Source: Podarcis filfolensis
Taxonomy: Eukaryota
DNA length: 64,000 nt
NCBI GenBank assembly: GCA_964270895.1
Contig: OZ185440.1
Direction: 5' to 3' (one strand)
Shown in pieces: positions 1 to 11,021 of the stretch (the stretch's first letter is position 1; every line of letters starts with the position of its first letter). Below the pieces are notes generated by a model, which searched no databases, was not told where the DNA came from, and worked only from the letters and a program-made list of their open reading frames with translations. Position numbers and translations under genes: made by a program.

Positions 1-740
1 TGGTAAATGGATAGCACAGAGGGGAGAATCCTGAATGAGCTCAATAACCTTTTCTTGAACATTTACCATCAAATGAAGCTTTTAAAAACGAACATAAAAG
101 TAGCATGATTCGAAATTGAAGGATGCGTTAATAAAAACTCTTGACTCTAGAGTTAGTAGAAATAAATGAAAGAAAAGCCTCAACTTCTACATTTCAAGGA
201 GCTCATCTGAAATGTTGGCTGTGCAACAGCACCTAAACCCCGCCTCCTCTATTTCTTATTTTAGAAAATAATTATCAGTGTGTCCGTCCGTTAAGGTTAA
301 CAAACAAAGCTATGTTAGTTCCAAAACTAGCACAGGAAAAGAAAGCGGGAGAAGATGAGTACAGAAGACACAGCTGGGAAAACTGCAGATAAACTCTTAC
401 AGGCGAGGATCTAGATCGGGGAAAAGAACAGAAAACCTTAAATTAACGTTGCAAGGAATTTAGTGATATTAACAATAAAGCTCAAATCTGCATTCCAGGT
501 TTGATCCAAGATTATTAAAATGGGCAATGAATGTTGGAGCTGTCTCCTTTCAAGAATAAGCTCTCTTGAGATACCCTTTCTAGAAAGATGCTTTCTTGAA
601 GGACACAAACTCTGGGATTCAGGGCCTTTGAAATACGCTTGGCTTTGGGGGATCTTTCCCCCTGCAGAATAAATCCTAAATCAATACCAATTTGTAAGGT
701 GCCTCCTCTATTTGTGCTTCTACATCCTAGGACCACTTCT

Positions 741-1091
741 AAAGGTAAAAGGTAAAGGACCCCTGGACGGTTATGGGGTTGCAGCGTTCATCTCACTTTC
801 AGGCCAAGGAAGCCGGCGTTTGTCCGCAGACAGCTTTCCAGGTCATGTGGCCAGCATGACTAAACTGCTTCTGGCGTGATGAAATCCAGAGCGCACGGAA
901 ATGCTGTTTACCTTCCCACCGCAGCAGTACCCATTTATCTACTTGCACTGGTGTGTTTTTGAACTGCTAGGTTGGTAGGAGCTGAGACAGAGCAACGGGA
1001 GCTCACCCTGTTGTGTGGATTTGAACTGCTGACCTGATCAGCAAGCTCAAGAGGCTTGGTGGTTTAGACCACAGCGCCACCTGTGTCCGTA
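741..1091 (-). mobile_element. Sauria-type SINE (tRNA-related head, ACCTTT tail)
   Basis: The plus strand starts aaaggtaaaaggtaaagg (tail). Similar throughout to the copy at 19790. 12-bp TSD aggaccacttct at 729-740 and 1092-1103. Confidence 0.9.
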
Positions 1092-2367
1092 AGGACCACT
1101 TCTACTCCCAACAGCTGGCAACTCATGAATGGTTGGTTATGCTGGTGGCTCAGTCTTACTGCTTCAGGGCGCAAGTGTATGGCAGGCACCAGACATCTGA
1201 ATGGTACTGCATACCAGTGGTGAAATATTTTATAGGGGAACAGTTAGGACCTGAGGTGCCAGCTTGTGAGGGTGATGGGGGGGACGTCATGTGTGTGAGG
1301 TTGTGACTTCCCAACATTGCACACGTGAGCATCGTACCTCTTTCTCTAAAGCTGGGCAGAAGCTTCCTAGACTTTGGGAAGAATGTGCAGGCTTTTAATA
1401 CTCTAATTTACTGGGAACATTTAGGGGGCTAGCCTAGTCCCCCTAGTCCACTGACTACACACCACTGCTGCATGCAGATGTATTTCTGGTGTCTGGGACA
1501 TGGTCACCAGAATCCCTTAACTGTTTAGGTCCAGATGTTTGCCGCGGAACTTCCGTGTCAAGTCTGCTTGGGATCGCAACTTACTGTAGCAAATGGAACC
1601 TGACATTCCCACGGCTGTGTGTAGTGACACAGTCTGCCATAACCCACATGCGATGGAAGCAGGTGCTAATTAAAATTGCAAGCTAGAGGGAGCATGAATT
1701 AAGGAGACAAAGAGCATAGAAGCCAGAACAGAATAATCTGTGAGCAAGTCGGCCTTGATTTTCTAATTCACAATCGCCCCAGAAATTGTTAGATGAAATG
1801 TACTTAAATACAGCATCTATCACTCCATAGAACAATCACCAGGACAGCATGTAATTAGAGCCCTCTTTAACTATAAGCAGCATGGGGCATTTTCTCATCT
1901 CCAGGCACTTGTCCCTGAAGTGATGGCAAAATCCCAGGCAATAGTGCGGTCTGAAAGATATGCTTCCTTCTTTACTCCTCCTTACAGACACACACACACA
2001 CCTGACACACTGACACAGAGACACCATTTCATAATTTTGAATTTTAATGAGACTCCGTCATTATGGCACAGTTCTTCAGCCACACTGGGTGCATGAATCA
2101 TGTATTGAAAAAAGACGAGGCAAACGCTCAGCATTCCGTCTATTGTGAGATTCTACCAAAAAGCACATTTTCACAATGTTCGACTTCCAAAACATTTCAC
2201 TCTTCGTTTACCCCCCTCCCAAAGCAAGTTTCTAGCCCTCTTGGCGATTGCATAAATATTCTTGAAACAGTGTGGTTAATGCGTGGTGAAATATTGCTGC
2301 TAAAAAGAAAATATTCCCTAGTTAGGGGATGGGACTTTGTATAGCATATTTGCATTTCTAGTAACTA

Positions 2368-2531
2368 CAGTGGAACCTCGGAAGCCAAACGCCTTTGAAC
2401 TCGAACGTTTTAATCTCCTGAACGATCGAAAACTGGAAGTGACTGGAAGCCGTGCCTTGGTTTTCGAACTGTTCCGGGAGTCGAATGGACTCCCGAAATG
2501 GATTAAACTGTCAAAAACCAAGGTATGACTT
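2368..2531. mobile_element. Tc1/mariner (Tigger-like) MITE, degenerate
   Basis: TA|cagtggaacctcgg ... ccaaggtatgactt|TA imperfect TIRs. Confidence 0.6.
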
Positions 2532-5500
2532 TAATAGAAGCAGAATGAATTATGTATAGAAGAAAGTATGCAACACAAGATATGAGAAATATGAGGCATG
2601 CTAGATCACACCAGCAGGGTTTTGTTCCCACAATGGCTAGCAGTTGCTTATGGGAAGCTGACAAGGACAGAACACCTTAGCACTCGCCTGCATATTCTCC
2701 CTAGTAACTCGTATTCAGAATAATAGTACCCACCAACAAAGGTACTGGAGGCTATATCCATCATGACTATAAGACCACCTTATCCTCCATTAATTTTGGG
2801 CTAAAAAGGCCCAAATATTATAACTCTTCCCCCCCCCCCCCCAGACACTTGTTTGGTTTGGCGGCTCCTTTCTGCATCTTTTCCAGTTCCACAGTATCTC
2901 TTCTGAGATGCAGCCACCAGAACTTCACGCGGTTTGTGTAAACGCGCTTATGAATTAATTGTTGTTGTATTTGGGGGGGTACCCCGGTGCCACCTGTACG
3001 TTAATTGCAGGCGTGAATAGCATAGGCAGAAGGCAGCCTCTTTGAGAACCATTTTTAAATGCTTGTGCAAGCACACACAGGCAAACACAGCTAAGGTTGG
3101 TTCTGTTTCATTGCTTCCAACTCCTGTCAGTGATGCATAGAATCGCAGCCTATTTTATGGTGCTCGGAGTCAGTAGCCTTGAGGAACAAAGTTTGTGTGA
3201 GGGGGGAATAGGTGTTCTTTTGTCTCAGAACATCGAAAAAGCCTTACTAAGGAAAATGGGGCACTGCACATTGCTAAGGAAAATGGGGATGAGAGGGGTA
3301 ATTAGAAACCCCTCACCAATGGTAGAATTAATGTCATACATCGAAAGCACCATGATACCACTTGAAACCAGCAGAGATTGGATTGCCACTTTTCAAGGAT
3401 GCTGTAGTAGTGGCATTTCTGCATCAGCAGAGGTTTGGTCTAGAGTCATCTGACATTCCTTCCAATGCTGTGGGCCCTTAAGCACTGTACATTTAAAGCA
3501 GCAGCATACCACTTTAAATAGGAATGGCTTCCCCCAAATAATCAAAATTGTTAAGGGTGCTATGAGTTGCTAAAAGACCCCCGTTCCCCTCTCAGAACTC
3601 GCAGTTCCCAAAGTGGTTCAACCATCAATGCCCCTTCGCAGAGAACTCTGGTAATTGTGGTGGGAATAGGAGTTTTCTAAGGCTTCCCAGCATCCTTAAC
3701 AAACTACAGCTCCCCAAATCGTTTGGAGAAATCATGGCTGTTTCTTTAGATATATGGTGCGAATGTGGATAATCTCGGTCTGCACTCAGCCAGACCCCCC
3801 CATGCCTGTCTTTTTGCTTACAGCCAGCCCAAGGGGTGCCCCTTCCACCTCCCCAGTCTGAGTTTTGTCCTTGTAGAGGGAGGCAGATGGGGTTAAATTA
3901 GTTGGTTCCCCCGTTATGGGCTTCTGGCTCTGCTGATCATTGGCTCTGGGCTTTGCCTGTTGGCCTCCCTGCCTTCCACCCTACCAGTCCCAGTGGGGAC
4001 AAACCACCACCACTGCTTGTGTGGTTTGGGGTGCCCATGCTGCTGCCTGCCATTCTCACAGCATTTACTAGAATGGGTCAGAAATATGCTTCTGCCTCCT
4101 TGGCAACTGCTTTCTCCAGTTTGCATCAGGGTGTAAAAGTGCAATAATCTTCCGCCAAGTCGAGGTTATAAACAGATGTTACCTCCACTGTGCAGGTGGG
4201 GAATGAAGTGTTCGACTCCATTAAGAAAGCTTACAGCTAGGACTGTCTATAGAATTCCTGCAAGACGTGCCTTGTAAAGTTTCATTCAAAAATCGCTAAT
4301 GACCGATTGCCACACAAGGTGCAGGCTTTTAACACTATGAAAATAGAAATGGATGAAGAATGCTATTCCAAATAAATGGCAAGCAATCTTGCATAGCACA
4401 CTGAAAGCAATCTGTGTGTCACTAATGTAGCCACTAAAGCCGCATTAAAAGGCAATTTTTTAAGCAAACAAAGACATCTTTCTCAGGGTTTCCATGAGGT
4501 CAAGGTCAGATCTTTCTGTTTCTCCAAAGCAGGTAGAATTATGCCTGTAGTAAAACGAATACTTTTGCACAGCGGGCTTTTGAACAGGCTTTTTCGCTCA
4601 ATGGTAGATAGAAAAATACCTGGTTCAATAGCTGGAGTTCCCAGTTTAAGGACCAGGTAGTGAGTGAGAGAGGCAAACCATACCTGCAACCCTCGTAAAG
4701 CCTTTCCCAAGCTGGTGCCCTCCTGATATATCTGATAATGTCCATCATTCCTGACCACTGACCATGCAGGGGTGGATGTGGGTTGGGAATCCAGGAAATC
4801 TGGAGGACACAAAGTTGGAGAAGGCCGCCGTCGATAGCTGCTGCCAGTCAAGGGTAGATAATAACAAGTTAGATGAAGAAATATTCTGTCCTGGTCTATG
4901 GCAGCTTCTCTGTTCTTGCCTGTTTATTAAAATATTAATGTGCCATCTTTTAGGAGTAAACTTCCTTACGGTGTCTTCCAATTAAAGACCTGAATATAAT
5001 CAAAGGTAAAATAACAAAACCAGCAGCTAATGAGATGAGCAGCCAATCCAGAGTTACTGCAGTTTAACAGAAACCAATAGCAGCAGAAACCCAATCAACA
5101 AAAACCTCCTTCAGGCAATTAAGCAAAGGAGAAAAAGTAGATGTTCAGATCTTTCAATATTAGCCCATTGTTCCATAGGGATAGTGGCCTGTCCATAATG
5201 GTTGTTAGGGTCAGTGTTTGAAAAGAAGCAGAGACGTAATAGAGTCAAAAGGGATGTTGGCATACTTTGGCATGAATAAAATACCTTTAAAAATAAAACA
5301 TTTGAAAGTTCTATGACACACTATAGCATAAAAGTACCTTACAATTCATAGCTCATTTAATGTTACACAGACTTGAGGTAGGGAAAGGTGAAGTGCCATG
5401 CAATATTTTGTCTTTGTAATGCAAAGCCTTCTATATCCATGGCCAGCCTGCACTGAAGAGAAAGGGCCCATTACTGGCTTGGCAAAGCCTGGGCGGTGGA

Positions 5501-7441
5501 AATTACTGGGGGAGCACTGAGTTGTGTTTGTCGGCCGCCTTGTATGGTTGCAAGCAAGAGGCGGAAACAAAGCCTGCAAAATACTGTTCCCCAACCAAGC
5601 AATGGCAGGGTGAGGCAGGCAAGGAGCTCAGAGGACACAAGCTGTAGTCACGTGGTAGTCCATTTTCACAATGCTTCCCTAACTGTTAATTTTCATGTTG
5701 TATTTGAGCCTTCACACACAGTGAAAGGCATTTTGGGAACTGTTGTGGAATATATCGCAAGCGTAGCACTCATTTTCATACTATTTGCAAACACTCCCCC
5801 CCCCCCCGAAGCAAATAACACGGAAGTGAGCACATCATCTGAAAGCTCAAATATAAGGGAAAAGTTATGAAAAGGAAATAAACTGCCATGTTTATTTCTA
5901 CAGTGTGGTTCATTTCCACCCTTCCGATTCTTGAGATGACAACCAGCTATAGTCTTCATGCTTCCATGCTGCATTTATTGTTTGTTTTTATGCAATGTTG
6001 CTACATAACTTACTCTTCCTTGTCTTCCCCCTAAGTTAAATGATCCTGGTTAAGATTCCCCCAATTTGAGATATGCTGTGGCTATTAAGACTTTTGCCTT
6101 CAGAATAAGGTTCCAATCCATGGATGCTTTTTTCTTTTCTTTAAAAGGTGACAAATACGTTTCATAGATTACAAACAAGGCCTCGAACTAATGTCAAAGT
6201 CATTAGCAAGGAGTAGCCGGATGTCCTCGTCCTTTAACTACAATGATTCCTTGTGGATGCATACTCCCTCTTTGTTGCAGCGCTCTTGTAAGCGTTGAAT
6301 GCTAGGTTTTTAAAAACCACACACCCACACACACCAAGCAAAGCAATATATCATTTCCTTACCATTTTCTGAATTTTAGTTGAGCGTTTTGTTTAGTTCC
6401 GAATTTCCTTGTAACGCCGGAGTACTCATCCCAGCCCCATGGCAATAAATAAATTCAGCAAAAACTATAGCAGAGCTATTTTCTCGCACTATTTATCCAT
6501 GGTGGTTTGTGTAATTAAAAAACAACAACAATAAGAATGTAGAGGCCCCGAGTATTTTAAGCACATCAGATTAACTGCAGATTTCTTTATAACAAAGGTG
6601 GCAAAAAGAGAGAAACTATTCAGTTAGTTAGCATCCTAAACAATCAATGAATAATAGAGCATTAAATAAGTGATCACCAAACGAACGCAACTCTTATGAA
6701 TTAAATATGCCTGTAAATTCTGTTTGGTCTTATCTGTTTCCATCTGTCTTTTCCACTCTTCCTTTTCTGTTCTTTTTTGTTCGTCTAGCTTCTAGCACGG
6801 ATGTTTAACTTAATCTTGTTTAGCATCGTATATATTGATAATTTCTCTACATAATTAATAGCAATTGTCGTAATAAGAAACAGCTAACAAAAGAAATGTA
6901 TAATTCTCAAGCCTTTATCTGCTCACTTCCTTTACATAGTTCTTTCGTTGTCAGTTGGTATTTACTGGTACAGCAGCGGTGAAGATTCGAATGAACGGTC
7001 TTTTTTCTCTCTTTTGTAGGCTCATGGAAACCAGTTGTATATGATGTAAGTACACTTTATTTATTAGCTGGACTTTGTTGTTATCCCCAAAGAGCTCAGG
7101 GCACCTTGCAACACATGGCTTATGGGAATTCATTCTGGGCAGTTCACAGGACCAGAGCTGCTAACTGCATCATGTGCCTCTAACATTCTGCGCCAATGCT
7201 CAAACAATGCGCTACCAATTGCATTCCCCACATACCACAATATGGCGAAACTTAATAACCATAGGTTGCATCTACAGAAAGACTTTATCATAATGAAGAA
7301 AGACTTGGACAACTGGTTGTCCTCCCAACAAAGATGTTCATATAAGATGCTTTGGATATTAGTGATTCCCAGGCCCTTAAGCACAGATGACAGCTGTGTC
7401 GTAATTCTAGCTTATGACCCATATTAATTTATGGATTACCC

Positions 7442-7689
7442 CAGGGGTCAGCAAACTTTTCAGCAGGGGGCCGGTCCACTGTCCCTCAGACCTTGTGGGG
7501 GGCCGGACTATATTTTGAAGGGGAGGGAATGAACTAATTCCTATGCCCCACAAATAACTCAGAGATGCATTTTAAATAAAAGGACACTTTCTACTCATGT
7601 AAAAACACGCTGATTCCTGGACCGTCCATGGGCTGGATTTAGGTGATTGGGCCGGATCTGGCCCCCGGGCATTAGTTTGCCTACCCATT
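7442..7689. mobile_element. hAT-type MITE
   Basis: caggggtcagcaaac ... gtttgcctacccatt ends; near 8-bp TSD gattaccc/gtttaccc. Confidence 0.65.
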
Positions 7690-8550
7690 GTTTACCCCAT
7701 ATAGCCACCAAGTACTTTGGCTATGCAGTGCACACAGACGTAAGGATCAAGGAGGGTGCTACTGCTTTCTTTGCAAAAAAATTAAGGCCAGGTGAGCTTA
7801 GGAAGTCATTCTGATCTGAAGCAATCATGTGGGAACCCTTAACTTATGATAAAACTCAGTGTGCATTTGCTGGTCCTTCCTTAGGCATGCATAGCAGCTA
7901 TAAATCACAAAAGCTTTCTTTTGATGAAATCCCATTAATCAATATGTAAAGGCCATTGGGAAGTTGAGGAACGCAAGCCAATGGCGCTTCTGCAGAACTT
8001 CCTGGTGGATTGTACCAAATAGCTGTAATTAAGGAAAATGCTGGCAAAATGAATATATAAAAGTACCTGTGTGAATTTGATTTTTCTAACAGTCGGGGTT
8101 GCAACAACAAAAGTGGTGAGCAGGGAGGGAAGAATGCAACAATTTAGCAAAAAATCAGTATAATACTTAAATCCAATCTTTTGCAAATGAAAACCCGGAA
8201 TCTCGAGTAATCTACGGGCAATTTAGTAAAAAGGAATGAACAGACAGTTCCAAAGTAGTGCGTCTAAAATTAAATCCCGCTTCATGCTATAAAGCTTTGG
8301 GCAAAGTATCAGCTTCCTGCCTCGATTCCCCATCTGCTAATAGTAGTAATAACAGAAACGATAATTTGCATATCACAAAAGACTGCTGTGATTTACCATA
8401 TTTTGCAAGGCCCTGAATATTCACGGCACTCCTATAAATGCTGCAATATTAGTATTTTTTCTCTCCCTGCAACAAGAGCTTATCTTTATCACTAATTATA
8501 GCCATATAATTACAGTTGCCTGAAATATGACTGCAGAGTTTGCATCCTTT

Positions 8551-8556
8551 TTTATT
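8551..8556 (-). terminator. Putative polyadenylation signal AATAAA (with an adjacent ATTAAA)
   Basis: The minus strand reads ...ttATTAAAAATAAAaaagg, about 1.7 kb after the stop. Confidence 0.5.
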
Positions 8557-9513
8557 TTTAATAAATCATATTCCTATTTGAATTTTTAAAAAATCTGTTA
8601 TGTAAATGGAGGAGGCTGCCAAACGCTTTTGTAACAGAGCTCATGTTTCTGATCTTGATCATATGTGACTATGACTAGAATATCAAGTAGCAGCAATGAC
8701 CTCTATTCAATAGAGATATATAGGCAGCTCCTACACCAGACCTCTCCATATAAATTGAGAACTGTAAGGGAGTGATGCTAAGCTGAATTTAGCCAGCTCA
8801 CACGGTGAATAATCGAGCTTATGACTCATATGTAAGAAAGAGCGTTTTACCTATTTGGAAAAAAAATTCACATTTATTTACTGTCAAACAGGTGTTAAAC
8901 TTTACATTGGATATTAGTGATGGGCTCATTATTAACAGGTTTACACAAAGGGATTGAAAAAAAAGCAAAAAAACCCTGAAACAATGTACATTTAATTAGA
9001 TCTTTTATCATAAAATAAATTAATTACTAAATATAGGCAGGAGGAATATGGAAGAGTATTTATGTTTTCTCTTAGCTTAAAAAGGTCAGGCACCTTTAAT
9101 TCATTAGTTTGTTTGAGATTCACTAGTATGTCTGTCCCTTTGGCCACTTCCCTTCCTTTCAGCCTTCCTCAAAGTTAAAAGAATGAAAAGGGAAGTGATT
9201 TATAACCTGATATAGATTTTTCTTTTTTTTAAAAAACACAACAACCCAAATTTCATAGTGTGCAAGGCATGAAATTAATTGGCGTCTAAAAGAATTCTGC
9301 CCAGAAAAATATATATGTTCTTTTGGCAATAAGAAATTTAAAACGTAAGAAGAAATACTAACGTCAAAGCAGAGCACTGTTTACAGTGAAAAAGAAGTGA
9401 AAATGGATAGAACTTTTTAAACATATTACGCTACTATGAACCAAGTGTAAAAGGGGGACGGGGGGGACGGACAGCTTGTAGCATATGTGCAACCAAGAGC
9501 GTTTTCACAATAT

Positions 9514-9646
9514 NNNNNNNNNNNNNNNNNNNNNNNNNNNNNNNNNNNNNNNNNNNNNNNNNNNNNNNNNNNNNNNNNNNNNNNNNNNNNNNNNNNNNNN
9601 NNNNNNNNNNNNNNNNNNNNNNNNNNNNNNNNNNNNNNNNNNNNNN
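9514..9646. other. Assembly gap (133 N) inside the 3' UTR
   Basis: Run of N. Confidence 1.
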
Positions 9647-9942
9647 CAGTTCATTGTACAGTTGAGGAAATATATGAAATAAGGCCTGTGGCTTGATTGC
9701 TAGTGGTTAGACAGGTTTTCAATCTTTACCTTTATGGAAAAGATTTGCAGTGAACCGCAAACTGATGCAGAATCTCTCTCCTGCTTTTTGCAAGTCTTGT
9801 CAGGAATAGTAAGGTACAGTAAATTTGTCCCACAGGATTTTAGCGCCTACGTCTTGTATATAATACAATGCAGGCCTACAAAAAATGATGCAGCCATATT
9901 TACAAATTTAGTTCACAAACTGCTGCAGTAAAATGGCTGGAA

Positions 9943-9946
<4 letters not shown>

Positions 9947-9976
<30 letters not shown>
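9947..9976. repeat. (TG)15 microsatellite in the ADGRL2 3' UTR
   Basis: Direct reading. Confidence 0.95.
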
Positions 9977-9979
<3 letters not shown>

Positions 9980-10266
9980 TTCACAATCTCTTTTACGTCA
10001 GCAGCAAGATATCTTAAAATACCTTGATGGTATCTCTTTTTTTTCTGTTTGTAACAAATAATTCTTTTAGTATACTCTGTGTATATACAAAGCTTTGTTT
10101 TATAAAAATTCACAGAACTGCAAGGTCCAGTCATCTCCTTTACACGGGAGAAACCACAGGGACAACAGAAATTGTCGCTTCGAGCAGATATGAGGGAGCC
10201 TGCATGGGGCCAATTAAGTCTGTTTAATACTTGCAATGTGGCCTTCAGTATTCCTTTGCTACACTA

Positions 10267-11021
10267 TTAAAGGCTTGTCACTAGTTGCATTTGTCCTTCC
10301 CTAACGTCCCCTTCCGGAATACATCCTTCCTTGTTAATGGGAATTATATAGCCGTCACTATTGCCCCTGCTGATTTGATAGTACATCTGAAGCTGATGGC
10401 CAGCTCCAAGGTTTGGCATGCTCTTGTAGTAAATGTCCTCATTCTCGCTCCTCCTGGAGGGAGAGAGGTCTTCCTCGATGTCGGGACTGCTCTCCGGGTA
10501 AGGAGAGTCTCTGAGGTTGGGCATGCTTGTGTACAGAGAGTCTCTGTTGGGGGACTGGAGGTGGTCTTCAACTTCGGCCGTCAGCTGGGACACATAGCTG
10601 TCTGTTCCTTCCGTCTTCACTTTCTTCTGTGGCTGGTACAGAAGGGAGTGAGTCCGTTGGGGAATCAGAGGTGCCTCGAGTTCCTTTTGGTGCAGCTCCA
10701 GGCCGGCGTTATCACTGTGCATCAGAGACGAAGCATCTGCTACAATGGCGTCGTCTTCGCTACTGCTCCCGCCGATCACAGCTTTGATTGGCAATGTGCG
10801 CTCTAGGTTGTGGTTCTTGCTGCTGCCCCGCAGGTTGTTGTGTACTAATTCCGAAATGATCATTTTCTCAAAGGCGGTGTCATTCAGGCTTAGCCCACAG
10901 TCTACAACTTGCACGCTGTCGTTGTAGTCTCCGTTGCGTAAAGAGTAGCTGTTGTTGAAATTACCATTTAGCGGTAGAGTATCCATGGCACTTGTATCCC
11001 TGGCATTGTTCAGTGAATGTC
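10267..11021 (-). CDS. ADGRL2: ADGRL2 terminal coding exon (GHSLNNARD...GQMQLVTSL*, class I PDZ-binding motif), 755 nt including TAA
   Basis: ttctgtttcag|GACAT; ORF 10267..11061 in the track. Confidence 0.98.

Larger units (their letters stand above)
8530..10266 (-). other. ADGRL2: ADGRL2 3' UTR (approximate end)
   Basis: Follows the stop codon. AT-rich, with a block near 9780-9930 that I recall as similar to the mammalian ADGRL2 UTR. The 3' end is inferred from the poly(A) signal. Confidence 0.6.

Noticed and set aside
10285-10806. 173-aa plus-strand ORF and other ORFs overlapping the terminal exon
   Set aside because: These are antisense or off-frame shadows of a GC-rich coding exon, with no independent homology.
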